Assembly (NCBI GenBank): GCA_900542555.1
Contig: UQNU01000003.1
Location: 29-64,028 of the forward strand
Length of the DNA stretch: 64,000 bases
Source: an uncultured Collinsella sp.
GTDB lineage: Bacteria > Actinomycetota > Coriobacteriia > Coriobacteriales > Coriobacteriaceae
Direction of reading: 5' to 3'
Below the pieces are notes generated by a model, which was not told the origin of the DNA, did not search any database, and worked only from the letters and a program-made list of their open reading frames with translations. The translations under genes were made by a program, and so were the position numbers. Shown here in pieces: positions 1 to 9,188 of the stretch; position 1 is the stretch's first letter, and each line of letters opens with the position of its first letter.

Positions 1-215
1 GGCGCGACCAGAAGGTCAGCGCCCTTTCATTTCACGTCACCTTGCTCGCCTGGAGTCGTTTTCGCTGACGTTGCCAAGACATCGGCGTCAACCTAGTCAT
101 TGGGGACGTTCTTAAACGACTAGCCATCGGGGACACTCTTCGTCATCCGTGCTTCTGACTGGCAAAGAGTGTCCCAAACGACTAGTCATTAAAGAACGTC
201 CCCAATGACTAGGTG
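1..215. repeat. Dispersed intergenic repeat, copy A: conserved ~70-nt leader (23-92), then a nested palindrome (92-213) of four ~25-bp ACTAGYC-N3-GGGGAC-N3-CTT units
   Basis: Read directly. Outer arms are cctagtcattggggacgttcttaa (92-115) and ttaaagaacgtccccaatgactagg (189-213). Inner arms are 116-140 and 165-187. The leader and units recur at 55637-55772. Confidence 0.8.
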
Positions 216-216
216 A

Positions 217-256
217 AAAGGGGGCGCCGCGGGATGGATCCTGCGGCGCCCCTTTG
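217..256. terminator. Bidirectional GC hairpin terminator
   Basis: Stem ggggcgccgc (221-230) pairs with gcggcgcccc (243-252). It is flanked by an A-run and a T-run, 22 nt beyond the stop of the minus-strand M32 gene. Confidence 0.7.
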
Positions 257-277
257 CGTTGGCGTGTCGCCAAAGCT

Positions 278-1861
278 TTACAGCTCGTAGAGCGTGGTGA
301 ACTTGTCCTGCAGGTAGCTGCAGTAGTAACGAGCATCGAATGCCATGCCGCAGGCGCCCTTGATGAGCTCCGGCGCGTCTTTGGCGCGGCCCCACTGCCA
401 AATGTGCTCGCCCAGCCAGGCGCGGACGGGCGCCAGATCACCGCTCGCGCAGGCATCGGTAAGGTCGACGCCGTCGCGGCACATGGCCGGCACAAACATG
501 GCGTCGTAGGCGCTGCCCAGCGCATAGGTGGGGAAGTAGCCAAACGAGCCACCGCTCCAGTGCGTATCCTGCAGGCAGCCGTGCGTGTCGTCGGGAACGG
601 GAATGCCCAGGTACTCGTCCATAAAGCGATTCCAAAGCGCGGGGATGTCCTTGGCCGTGGCCTCGCCGGCAAACAGCATGCGCTCAATCTCGTAGCGCAC
701 CATAACGTGCAGCGGATAGGTGAGCTCGTCCGCCTCGGTGCGGATCAGCGACGGCCGTGCGATGTTCACGGCGCGGTAGAGCGTATCCTCGTCCACGCTG
801 CCGTAGACCTCGGGCGCGTGGCAGCGCAGTACCTCGAGCAGCGGCCCCATAAAGGCGCGGCTGCGACCCACGGTGTTCTCAAAGAAGCGGCTCTGGCTCT
901 CGTGGATGCCCATGGAGGTGCCACCTTCAAGACAGGTGCGCGCATAGGCAGGATTGACGCCCAGCTCGTACATGGCGTGGCCCGCCTCGTGGATGATGCT
1001 GTAGACGTTGGAGATGCAGTCGTCCTCGTAGATGTGTGTGGCGATGCGCGCGTCGCCCACGGCAAAACCCTCGCTAAACGGGTGCTCGGTAAAGGCAAGC
1101 GTGGTGTCGTCCAGGTCCAGGCCGACGAGCTTCATAAGGTCGAAGCTCATGGCGCGCTGGGCGGCCTCGGGCACGCGGGCGTGCAAAAAGTCGGCAGCGG
1201 GCTGCTGGCCGCGCTCGCCGATGGCGTGCACGAGCGGCACGACCGTCGCCTTGACCTCATCACAAAACGCGTCGAAGCTCTTGGCGGAAAGGCCGCGTTC
1301 GTACTGGTCGAGCCAAACATCGTACGGGTCGCGCTTTGGGTCCATGAGCTCGGCCTGATGCTTAAGTTGGGCGACGATTCTATCTACATAGGGCTCAAAG
1401 CTCGCCCAGTCATTGGCCGTCTTGGCCTTGTGCCACACGGCGTCGGCCTCGCAGGTGAGCCTGGTCCAGGCCTCGGCCTCCTCGGTGGGGATGACGCTCG
1501 CTTCGCGCTGGTCGCGGCCGAGCACACGGATCTCGTCGAGCAGCTGCGGGTCGTCGATCTTGCCGCCGGCGACGGTCTCGCGTGCCAGCGAGCGCACGAG
1601 CTCAACGGACTTTTCGCTGGTCAGGAGCTTATGGTGCTCGCCGGCAAGGGTGCCCATAGCATCGGCGCGGGCCGCGGCGCCGTTGGCAGGGGCAATGGTC
1701 GCACCATCAAACTCGGCAATCTTGAGCAGGTACTCGCGGGTCCACAGCTTGCCCTCGAGCTTGCGGAATTTTTTGACGGCCTTATCGACTTTAGCGGCCT
1801 TGACGCCCTTGGCGGCCTTTGCCACGGCGGCCTTGGCCTTCTTATCGAGTTTCTTTCCCAT
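278..1861 (-). CDS. Carboxypeptidase Taq-type (M32) metallopeptidase
   Basis: 527-aa ORF with an HEAGHAMYE zinc motif, IRTEADELTYPLH and GCLQDTHWSGGSFGYFPTYALG blocks. These are characteristic of family M32. Confidence 0.9.
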   Translation of the reverse strand: MGKKLDKKAKAAVAKAAKGVKAAKVDKAVKKFRKLEGKLWTREYLLKIAEFDGATIAPANGAAARADAMGTLAGEHHKLLTSEKSVELVRSLARETVAGGKIDDPQLLDEIRVLGRDQREASVIPTEEAEAWTRLTCEADAVWHKAKTANDWASFEPYVDRIVAQLKHQAELMDPKRDPYDVWLDQYERGLSAKSFDAFCDEVKATVVPLVHAIGERGQQPAADFLHARVPEAAQRAMSFDLMKLVGLDLDDTTLAFTEHPFSEGFAVGDARIATHIYEDDCISNVYSIIHEAGHAMYELGVNPAYARTCLEGGTSMGIHESQSRFFENTVGRSRAFMGPLLEVLRCHAPEVYGSVDEDTLYRAVNIARPSLIRTEADELTYPLHVMVRYEIERMLFAGEATAKDIPALWNRFMDEYLGIPVPDDTHGCLQDTHWSGGSFGYFPTYALGSAYDAMFVPAMCRDGVDLTDACASGDLAPVRAWLGEHIWQWGRAKDAPELIKGACGMAFDARYYCSYLQDKFTTLYEL

Positions 1862-2000
1862 ACCGTATCCTTAATCTCGCAGGCCGAGCGCCGTAAGCGG
1901 CTGCGCGGCCAGTTTGCACAGCTACCTGCCTTGTACCCAGCACGAACAAAACGGAACGCGGCGATATGCTCGCAGAATGTGTTATCCTATAGTCCAATGC

Positions 2001-2283
2001 GTTGACGGAGAGGGTTTTGCCCGTCGCGTCGCCGGCAAGAGAGGGAAGGTCATGGGCTGCAAGCCTTCCTGCGGTGGCAAGGGCTAAGCGTTCACTCCCG
2101 AGCAGCGACCTCAACGGGCGCGCGGCTAGCGGCGGCGAAGCCCCAGTAGGGAAGCCGTGAGCCTCGCGATAAGGGGCGCAGAGTGGGCGCGGCGGGCCAG
2201 ACATCCGCCGGGTCAAACAAGGTGGTACCGCGGAATTCAACCGTCCTTGGGCAATGCACATGCCCGAGGGCGGTTTTTTTTGT
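2001..2283 (+). promoter_or_regulatory. T-box leader (tRNA-Phe-sensing) upstream of pheST
   Basis: Conserved T-box core ggtggtaccgcg at 2221-2232. It is followed by terminator ccgtccttgggc (2241-2252) / gcccgagggcgg (2262-2273) plus a T-run (2274-2282). AGAGAG stem I element at ~2038. Candidate UUC specifier followed by A at 2091-2094. Confidence 0.75.
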
Positions 2284-2366
2284 TACCGAACCGGGCCGCG
2301 TTTTCGCAGCGCCAAGTGGCATCGGTCGCCCCGGCAAGCGAATGCGCGAGAGACGAAAGGGAAGAC

Positions 2367-3443
2367 ATGAGTCTGATTGATGATCTGGTCAAACTCGAGG
2401 AAGAGGCCAAGGAGCTCGTTGCAGGCGCCGACGACGCCGCCAAGCTCGAGGCTGCGCGCGTTGAGCTGCTCGGTCGTAAGGGCCGCATCACCGGCCTGAT
2501 GCGCATGATGGGCAAGCTCGCCCCCGAGGATCGTCCCGTGATGGGCAAGCGCGCCAACGAGATGCGCCAGCTGATCGAGGGCATGCTCGACGAGCGCACC
2601 ACCGAGATGAAGGCTGCCGCCCTCAAGCGCGCGCTCGAGCACGATGCCGTCGACATCACGCTGCCGGGCATCCGTCCGCAGATCGGCCACCAACACCTGA
2701 TCAAGCAGATCATCGAGGAGGCCGAGGACATCTTCTGCGGCATCGGCTACACCGTCGAGTCCGGCCCCATGGTCGACACCTCCTACTACAACTTCACCGC
2801 GCTCAACGCCCCCATGGATCACCCGAGCCGTTCGGCCCGCGATACCTTCTACGTGGTCGACAACAACCCCGGCAGCGTCGCGCACCCCGAGGCTCATGCC
2901 CACGGCGAGTCCGACGTGCTGCTGCGCACCCAGACCTCGGGCGTGCAAATCCACACCATGGAGTCGCAAAAGCCGCCCATCTACATGATCTGCCCGGGCA
3001 CCGTCTATCGTCCCGACACGGCCGACGCCTGCCACCTGCCGCAGTTCAACCAGATCGAAGGCCTGGTCGTCGACGAGGGCATCACCTTTGGCGATCTTAA
3101 GGGCACGCTCGACTACTTTGTTAAGTGCATGTTTGGCGAGGACCGCAAGACGCGTTACCGCCCGCACTTCTTCCCCTTCACCGAGCCTTCCTGCGAGGTG
3201 GACGTAAGCTGCCACGTCTGCGGCGGCAAGGGCTGCAACTTCTGCAAGCACAGCGGCTGGATCGAGATCCTGGGCTGCGGCATGGTCGACCCCAACGTCC
3301 TGATCAACTGCGGCATCGACCCCGAGAAGTACACCGGCTTCGCCTTTGGTATTGGCGCCGAGCGCGTCGCGGCACTGCGCTACGACCTGCCCGACCTGCG
3401 CACGCTCATGACAGGCGATATGAGGTTCCTCAATCAGTTTTAG
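2367..3443 (+). CDS. pheS: Phenylalanine--tRNA ligase alpha subunit
   Basis: Start taken at ATG 2367 after a GAAAGGGAAG RBS; the ORF-track start at 2157 lies inside the T-box leader. Class II aaRS blocks are present (FFPFTEPSCEVDV, GFAFGIGAERVA). Confidence 0.9.
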   Translation: MSLIDDLVKLEEEAKELVAGADDAAKLEAARVELLGRKGRITGLMRMMGKLAPEDRPVMGKRANEMRQLIEGMLDERTTEMKAAALKRALEHDAVDITLPGIRPQIGHQHLIKQIIEEAEDIFCGIGYTVESGPMVDTSYYNFTALNAPMDHPSRSARDTFYVVDNNPGSVAHPEAHAHGESDVLLRTQTSGVQIHTMESQKPPIYMICPGTVYRPDTADACHLPQFNQIEGLVVDEGITFGDLKGTLDYFVKCMFGEDRKTRYRPHFFPFTEPSCEVDVSCHVCGGKGCNFCKHSGWIEILGCGMVDPNVLINCGIDPEKYTGFAFGIGAERVAALRYDLPDLRTLMTGDMRFLNQF

Positions 3444-3477
3444 GCTGCGGCTTGCCCAAGCACGGCACCTCGGCGCT

Positions 3478-3525
3478 CATTCGTCGCTTGCGTACCAAAG
3501 TACGCGGCGCTCCTCTTTCGGGCCG
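3478..3525. repeat. Partial copy of a dispersed intergenic repeat (module shared with 55608-55650)
   Basis: tcgtcgcttgcgtaccaaagtacgcggcgctcctctttc closely matches tcgtcggtcgcgtaccaaagtacgcttccctcctctttc at 55608-55646. It contains a gcgtac-caaa-gtacgc hairpin. Confidence 0.6.
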
Positions 3526-3627
3526 ATCTGCCGCACTTGGACAACCCTCGCTTTGTAAGGAATGTTCACAAAGTTGAAGTTTCCACCTGCATCTCTTCGC
3601 AGGCTTTCAGTATGAAAGGAGAGCTAG

Positions 3628-6081
3628 ATGCGTGTTTCTTACGACTGGCTCAAGACCATGATCGATATTCCGGAGGATCCCAAGACCCTTTCGGACGAAT
3701 ATATCCGTACCGGCACCGAGGTCGAGGCGATCGACACCGTGGGCGAGTCCTTCGACCACGTGGTGACCGCCAAGGTACTCACCAAGACCCCGCACCCCGA
3801 TAGCGACCACATGTATGTGTGCTCGGTCGACGTGGGCGACAAGAACCTCGACCCCGACGGTAATCCCGCTCCGCTGCAGATCGTCTGCGGCGCGCAGAAC
3901 TTCGAGGCCGGCGACCACATCGTCACGGCCATGATCGGCGCAGTTCTGCCCGGCGACGTCAAGATCAAGAAGAGCAAGCTTCGCGGCGTCGTGTCCATGG
4001 GCATGAACTGCTCCGCGCGCGAGCTCGGTCTGGGCGGCGACCACTCCGGCATTATGATCCTGCCCGAGGATACGCCCTGCGGCATGCCGTTTGCCGAGTA
4101 TGTGGGCTCGAGCGACACCGTGCTCGACTGCGAGATTACGCCCAACCGCCCCGACTGCCTGTCCATGATCGGCATGGCCCGCGAGACCGGCGCCATCTTC
4201 GACCGCGATTTCCACGTTGAGCTGCCCGCCATCAAGGCCGAGACCGGCCGCGCGACCGACGACGAGCTTTCCGTCGAGATTGCCGACGAGGGCCTGTGCG
4301 ACCGCTACGTTGCCCGCATCGTGCGCAACGTCAAGGTCGGCCCGTCGCCCGACTGGATGGTCAAGCGCCTTAACGCCCTGGGCGTGCGCCCGCACAACAA
4401 CATCGTCGACATCACCAACTATGTGATGATGCTCACCGGTCAGCCGCTGCACGCCTTTGACCTGGACACCTTTGCCGCGCGCGATGGCCACCGTCGTGTG
4501 GTGGTTCGCGCCGCCCAGCAGGACGAGAAGTTCACGACGCTCGACGGCGAGGAGCGCGTGCTCGACGCCGGCATGGGCCTCATCACCGACGGCGAGCGTC
4601 CCGTGGCGCTGGCCGGTGTCATGGGCGGCATGGATTCCGAGATCGAGGACGATACCGTTGACGTGATGGTCGAGAGCGCCTGCTTCAACGCCGGCCGCAC
4701 CTCGCACACCAGCCGTGACCTATCGCTGATCTCCGACGCCTCCATCCGCTTTGAGCGCCAGGTCGACGAGACCGGCTGCGTGGAGGTCGCCAATGTGACG
4801 TGCGCGCTCATCGAGGAGATCGCCGGCGGCGAGGTCGCCCCCGGCTATGTGGACGTGTTCCCCGCGCCCAAGACCATCGACAGCATTAAGCTGCGTTTGG
4901 CCCGCGTGCACGCCATCTGCGGCGCCGACATCGAGCCCGACTTTATCGAGCGCTCGCTTACCCGCCTGGGCTGCACCGTCGAGCGCGACGGTGAGGACTT
5001 TATGGTCACGCCGCCGAGCTTCCGTCCCGACCTGCCGCGCGAGATCGATCTGATCGAGGAGGTCCTGCGCCTATGGGGCATGGGTCGCGTCACGGCGACC
5101 ATTCCGGCTGCCAAGAACCATATCGGCGGTCTGACGCGCGAGCAGAAGCTTACCCGCAAGGTCGGCGAGATCCTGCGCGCCTGCGGCCTCAACGAGACCA
5201 CGACTTTTGGCTTTGCTGCCCCGGGCGACCTGGAGAAGATCGGCATGTCCACCGAAGGCCGCGGCTGCCCCGTGGTGCTCATGAACCCGTTGGTCGCCGA
5301 GCAGACCGAGATGCGCCGCTCGTTGCTGCCGGGCTTACTGCAGTCCGTTGCCTATAACGAGGCCCACGGCACGCCCAACGTGCACCTGTACGAGGTCGGC
5401 AGTCTGTTCCACGGTCGCGAGAATGCCAGCCTGCCCAAGGAGACCAAGTCCGTCGCGGGCGTGCTCTCGGGCCAGTGGAGCGAGCAGTCCTGGAACATGA
5501 AGTACCGCAAGCTGCGTTTCTTCTTTGGCAAGGGCATCGTCGAGGAGCTGCTCGCCCAGCTGCGCATTGAGAAGGTTCGCTTCCGTCCCGTCGAGGGCGA
5601 GAGCTATGCCTTCCTGCAGCCGGGTCGTGCTGCCGAGGTGCTCTCGGGCGGTACCGTGCTGGGCTGGGTCGGCGAGATTCACCCCGAGGCGCGCGAGGCC
5701 TGCGGCATCGATGAGGTCGTCGTTGCCTTTGAGCTCGATCTGGACAAGCTGATCAAGGGCGCCCGCAATCAGGAGAACTACCGCGAGTTCTCGCAGTACC
5801 CTGCCGTTGAGCACGACCTTGCTATCGTGGTCGACAACACTGTGACCTGCGAGGATCTTGAGCGTCGTATTACGAGTGCCGGCGGCAAACTGCTCGAGGG
5901 CGTGCGCCTGTTCGACGTCTACCGCGATCCGGTCCGCATCGGAGCGGGCAAGAAGTCCATGGCCTTCGCACTTACGTATCGCTCCGACGACCACACGCTC
6001 ACCAGCGAAGAGGTCGAGAAGGCGCACCAGAAGATCGTCACCAAGGTGTGCAAGGGCGTAAACGGCGAGGTCCGCTCGTAA
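3628..6081 (+). CDS. pheT: Phenylalanine--tRNA ligase beta subunit
   Basis: 817-aa ORF directly downstream of pheS, with the typical pheT length and N-terminal tRNA-binding region (MRVSYDWLK...). Confidence 0.9.
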   Translation: MRVSYDWLKTMIDIPEDPKTLSDEYIRTGTEVEAIDTVGESFDHVVTAKVLTKTPHPDSDHMYVCSVDVGDKNLDPDGNPAPLQIVCGAQNFEAGDHIVTAMIGAVLPGDVKIKKSKLRGVVSMGMNCSARELGLGGDHSGIMILPEDTPCGMPFAEYVGSSDTVLDCEITPNRPDCLSMIGMARETGAIFDRDFHVELPAIKAETGRATDDELSVEIADEGLCDRYVARIVRNVKVGPSPDWMVKRLNALGVRPHNNIVDITNYVMMLTGQPLHAFDLDTFAARDGHRRVVVRAAQQDEKFTTLDGEERVLDAGMGLITDGERPVALAGVMGGMDSEIEDDTVDVMVESACFNAGRTSHTSRDLSLISDASIRFERQVDETGCVEVANVTCALIEEIAGGEVAPGYVDVFPAPKTIDSIKLRLARVHAICGADIEPDFIERSLTRLGCTVERDGEDFMVTPPSFRPDLPREIDLIEEVLRLWGMGRVTATIPAAKNHIGGLTREQKLTRKVGEILRACGLNETTTFGFAAPGDLEKIGMSTEGRGCPVVLMNPLVAEQTEMRRSLLPGLLQSVAYNEAHGTPNVHLYEVGSLFHGRENASLPKETKSVAGVLSGQWSEQSWNMKYRKLRFFFGKGIVEELLAQLRIEKVRFRPVEGESYAFLQPGRAAEVLSGGTVLGWVGEIHPEAREACGIDEVVVAFELDLDKLIKGARNQENYREFSQYPAVEHDLAIVVDNTVTCEDLERRITSAGGKLLEGVRLFDVYRDPVRIGAGKKSMAFALTYRSDDHTLTSEEVEKAHQKIVTKVCKGVNGEVRS

Positions 6082-6093
6082 TCTTTGCCGTTC

Positions 6094-6188
6094 GGAACCC
6101 GCCCCCTGCGGGGTTTTCACGGCAACGTCCTCGCCGCTTCGCGGCTGTGGGATGTTGCCTTAGAAAACCCCTCTCGGGGGCGGGTTCC
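6094..6188. repeat. 95-nt multi-tier palindromic element E1 (structural homolog of 14860-14950)
   Basis: Outer 13-bp stem 6094-6106/6176-6188. Internal loop TGC/TCTC. Stem ggggtttt (6110-6117) / aaaacccc (6164-6171). Stem ggcaac/gttgcc. Apex gccgc-ttc-gcggc. No T-run follows. Confidence 0.85.
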
Positions 6189-6406
6189 TGCGTTAACCTT
6201 GTTGCGAGCGGACCGCACCCTCTTCCGGGTGACCGGAAAGTTGGGAGTGCATGGGCCTTTATTGGACGGTGCGTGGACCTGGGTTAATAACGTACGTATT
6301 GCAAGGGCGTGCTGCGTTGTGGGCGGTGCGCCTTTTTGTTAGTATGCAGAGTCGGTGTTACGGATTGTTGGAAACGTAACACGCAACGTTCTGATTGAGA
6401 GGGCTC

Positions 6407-7492
6407 ATGCATATTCCCGATAATTATCTGTCCCCGCAGACCGATGCCGTTATGGCGGTGGCGATGGTGCCCGTTTGGGTTCATTGCATCAAAAAGGTGC
6501 GCGCCACGCTCGATCGCGAGCACATGGCTTTCCTGGGCATCTGCGCCGCGTTCTCCTTCCTGCTTATGATGTTCAATGTGCCGCTGCCCGGCGGTACCAC
6601 AGGTCACGCCGTCGGCGGCGCGCTCATTGCACTGCTGCTAGGCCCCGAGGCCGCGGCTATCGCGGTTTCGGTCGCGCTGGCGCTGCAGGCGCTGCTGTTT
6701 GGAGACGGTGGCGTTCTGTCGTTTGGCGCCAACTGCTTTAACATGGCCTTTGTGCTGCCGTTTGTCGCTGCTATCGTGTTCCGTGCGCTCAACAGCCGTC
6801 TGCACGACAAGAGCTGGGGCACCTCAGTTTCTGCTATCGTAAGCGGCTGGGTCGGCCTGTGCCTGGCGGCCCTGTGCGCGGCAATCGAGTTTGGTATTCA
6901 GCCGATGCTCTTTACCAATGCTTCGGGCGCGCCGCTGTACTGCCCCTTCCCGCTGTCCGTGGCTATTCCGGCCATGTTGATCCCGCATATGCTGGTTGCC
7001 GGCGTGATCGAGGGCGTGGCGACGGCCGCGATCTACGGTTTCATTAAGAAGACGGCGCCGAGCATCATTGTCGGGCCCGAGGCCGTCGATGGCCAACTTG
7101 CTGCCGAGGGCGTTGCTGCCAAGAAGACCTCGCTGGTCCCCACGCTCATCCTGGTTGCCGTGCTTGTCGTAGCAACACCGCTGGGCCTGCTGGCCACGGG
7201 TGACGCCTGGGGTGAGTGGGACGCCGAGGGCGCCGCGACCGCCGTTCAGGAGGCTGGCGATGACAGCCTGCAGGCTTCGGTCGGTCTCGATACCCCGACC
7301 TTTGCCGATGCCCTGCCCACGGGCGATTATCTGCAGGCCTATTCCGAGGAGCAAGGCCTTGGCTTTGCCGGCCAGGCTGCCATGTATATCCTTTCCGGTG
7401 TGATTGGCGTGGCGGTGCTCACCATCGCATTCCGTCTGATCTCGCTGACGGTCAAGGAAAGCGGTGCTCATGGCAATAGCCGAGCTGCCTAG
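6407..7492 (+). CDS. cbiM: ECF-type Co/Ni transporter substrate component (CbiM/NikM family) with C-terminal PDGLE-like extension
   Basis: N-terminus MHIPDNYLS and a multi-TM body typical of CbiM. The C-terminal region has LLATGDAWGEWD and a final TM helix. It is followed by CbiQ- and CbiO-like genes. Start moved to ATG 6407 (RBS gagagg). Confidence 0.7.
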   Translation: MHIPDNYLSPQTDAVMAVAMVPVWVHCIKKVRATLDREHMAFLGICAAFSFLLMMFNVPLPGGTTGHAVGGALIALLLGPEAAAIAVSVALALQALLFGDGGVLSFGANCFNMAFVLPFVAAIVFRALNSRLHDKSWGTSVSAIVSGWVGLCLAALCAAIEFGIQPMLFTNASGAPLYCPFPLSVAIPAMLIPHMLVAGVIEGVATAAIYGFIKKTAPSIIVGPEAVDGQLAAEGVAAKKTSLVPTLILVAVLVVATPLGLLATGDAWGEWDAEGAATAVQEAGDDSLQASVGLDTPTFADALPTGDYLQAYSEEQGLGFAGQAAMYILSGVIGVAVLTIAFRLISLTVKESGAHGNSRAA

Positions 7493-8306
7493 CTGGCTTG
7501 CGGTCGAGCAGCGTTACGAGCCCGCGGGGGCTCGGCATCGTGTGATGCAAAAGAACGTCCTGCACCTGGCGAGCCTGCTTGAGCGGGTTCGCCTGGGTGG
7601 AGGCGCGCACGAGGGCGGGTCGATGGTCGACCGCGCCCTTTCTTGCTTTTCGGCTCCGGTGCGCCTGGTGGGGATGTTCGTCTGCGTCCTGTGCGTGTGT
7701 CTGACGCAGAGCCCGTTGTACCTCATGTTGATGGCGGCTATCGCGCTGGCGCTCGTTGCCGTGCGCCCCGTACGCGCGCTGCGGGCAACCTTTGCGCCGG
7801 CGCTTGGCGCTGCGGGGCTCGCAGTGGTTCTGGCGCTGCCTGCCCTGCTGCTGGGCGCTTCCGCTACGGGCGCCATGCTCAAAATTGCGCTTAAGACGTT
7901 CATTAATGTGTCGCTGGTGCTGGGTGTTTCGTGGACGCTTACCTGGAGCCGCATGTCGGCGGCGCTCAAAATGCTGCACCTGCCCGACGAGGTCATCTTT
8001 ACGTTTGATATGGCGCTCAAGCATATTGAGGTGCTGGGACGCACGGCGCACGATCTGTGCGAATCGGTCATGCTGCGTAGCGTCGGTTCCGCGCCTGCGG
8101 GTTTTTCGCGCACCGACTCGCTGGCGGGTATCATGGGCATGACGTTTATCAAGGCGATGGAATGCAGCCGCGCGATGGACGAGGCCATGCTGTGCCGCGG
8201 CTTCGCCGGCGTGTATCCGGCGCCCGCGCGGAGCGGCTTTGGCTGGCGCGATGCGGTTTACGCGGCCGTTGTGGCGTTGCTCGCCGTGTTGTGCGCGGTG
8301 TTGTAG
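7464..8306 (+). CDS. cbiQ: ECF transporter transmembrane (T) component, CbiQ family
   Basis: Polytopic 280-aa ORF that overlaps the cbiM end and precedes the ATPase. The operon context supports the call. The exact start is uncertain. Confidence 0.65.
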   Translation: MLMAIAELPSWLAVEQRYEPAGARHRVMQKNVLHLASLLERVRLGGGAHEGGSMVDRALSCFSAPVRLVGMFVCVLCVCLTQSPLYLMLMAAIALALVAVRPVRALRATFAPALGAAGLAVVLALPALLLGASATGAMLKIALKTFINVSLVLGVSWTLTWSRMSAALKMLHLPDEVIFTFDMALKHIEVLGRTAHDLCESVMLRSVGSAPAGFSRTDSLAGIMGMTFIKAMECSRAMDEAMLCRGFAGVYPAPARSGFGWRDAVYAAVVALLAVLCAVL

Positions 8307-8350
8307 TGCGGACGGTCGAACCGTCGATGTGAGTAGGGAAGGGCGACGTT

Positions 8351-9121
8351 TTGGCAAACGATACGAATGACGCGATGGGTGCGAGCGGTGCTGCCGGCGT
8401 TGAGAGCACGCCGCTCATCGAGTTTCGCGACGTGGCGTTTTCCTATGCGGGCCATACGGTGGTCGACGGCGTTTCGCTGCAGGTGAACCGTGGAGAGCTT
8501 GTTGCCCTGCTAGGTCCCAACGGCTGCGGCAAGACGACGATCATGCGTCTTATTAACGGCCTTGAGCTTGCGGACGCGGGTGCGTACCTGTTCGACGGGC
8601 ATACGGTCGATGCGGCATATCTCAAGGATTCCGCGACGGCCCAGCGGTTCCATCAGCGCGTGGGCTTTGTGTTCCAAAACGCCGATGCGCAGCTCTTTTG
8701 CGCCACGGTCGGCGAGGAAGTCGCGTTTGGCCCGGCTCAAATGGGGCTGCCGGCAGACGAGCTCGAGCGCCGCGTCTGCGATGCCATGGAGCTGTTCCAG
8801 GTTGCCGATCTGGTCGATGCCTCGCCTTATCAGCTCTCGGGCGGGCAAAAGAAGCGTGTTGCGCTGGCGGCCGTCGTGTCGATGAACCCCGATATCCTGG
8901 TGCTCGACGAGCCTACCAACGGACTTGACGAGGACTCGTGCGACATCGTGGTCAACTTTCTACTGGCCTATGTAGCTGCCGGCAAGACGGTCTTGATGAG
9001 CACGCATCATCAGGATTTGGTGCGGCGCCTGGGTGCCCGCGCCATCTATATCGATCGATATCACCATGTGGTCGAGGCGCCGGTGTCGTCGTATGGAACC
9101 GAGAGCGGCGCTGCGGAATAG
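8351..9121 (+). CDS. cbiO: ECF/ABC transporter ATP-binding protein, CbiO family
   Basis: Walker A GPNGCGKTT, signature LSGGQKKRV, Walker B ILVLDEPT. TTG start at 8351; ATG 8375 is an alternative. Confidence 0.85.
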   Translation: MANDTNDAMGASGAAGVESTPLIEFRDVAFSYAGHTVVDGVSLQVNRGELVALLGPNGCGKTTIMRLINGLELADAGAYLFDGHTVDAAYLKDSATAQRFHQRVGFVFQNADAQLFCATVGEEVAFGPAQMGLPADELERRVCDAMELFQVADLVDASPYQLSGGQKKRVALAAVVSMNPDILVLDEPTNGLDEDSCDIVVNFLLAYVAAGKTVLMSTHHQDLVRRLGARAIYIDRYHHVVEAPVSSYGTESGAAE

Positions 9122-9188
9122 TTGCTGCGTAGAGCGTGCGTAGCCGTCCGCGCGGCTTTGCCGTGATGGTATAGTTATCCAGGTTTTT

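Noticed and set aside
254-2005. Long ORFs antisense to or overlapping confidently called genes. Examples are 254-2005 (+), 3607-4707 (-), 12101-14584 (-), 28579-29958 (-), 36003-37313 (-), 53421-55373 (-) and 62262-63770 (-).
   Set aside because: Their translations are low-complexity and Ala/Arg/Gly/His-rich, as expected for stop-poor off-frames in GC-rich DNA. The opposite-strand genes carry unambiguous family motifs.
6189-6406. Cobalamin or NiCo riboswitch, or a NikR operator, upstream of cbiM. The candidate includes the palindrome gtgttacg-N12-cgtaacac at 6355-6382.
   Set aside because: No B12-box-like sequence is visible, and the palindrome does not match the NikR consensus as I remember it. 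It may simply be a 5' UTR hairpin.
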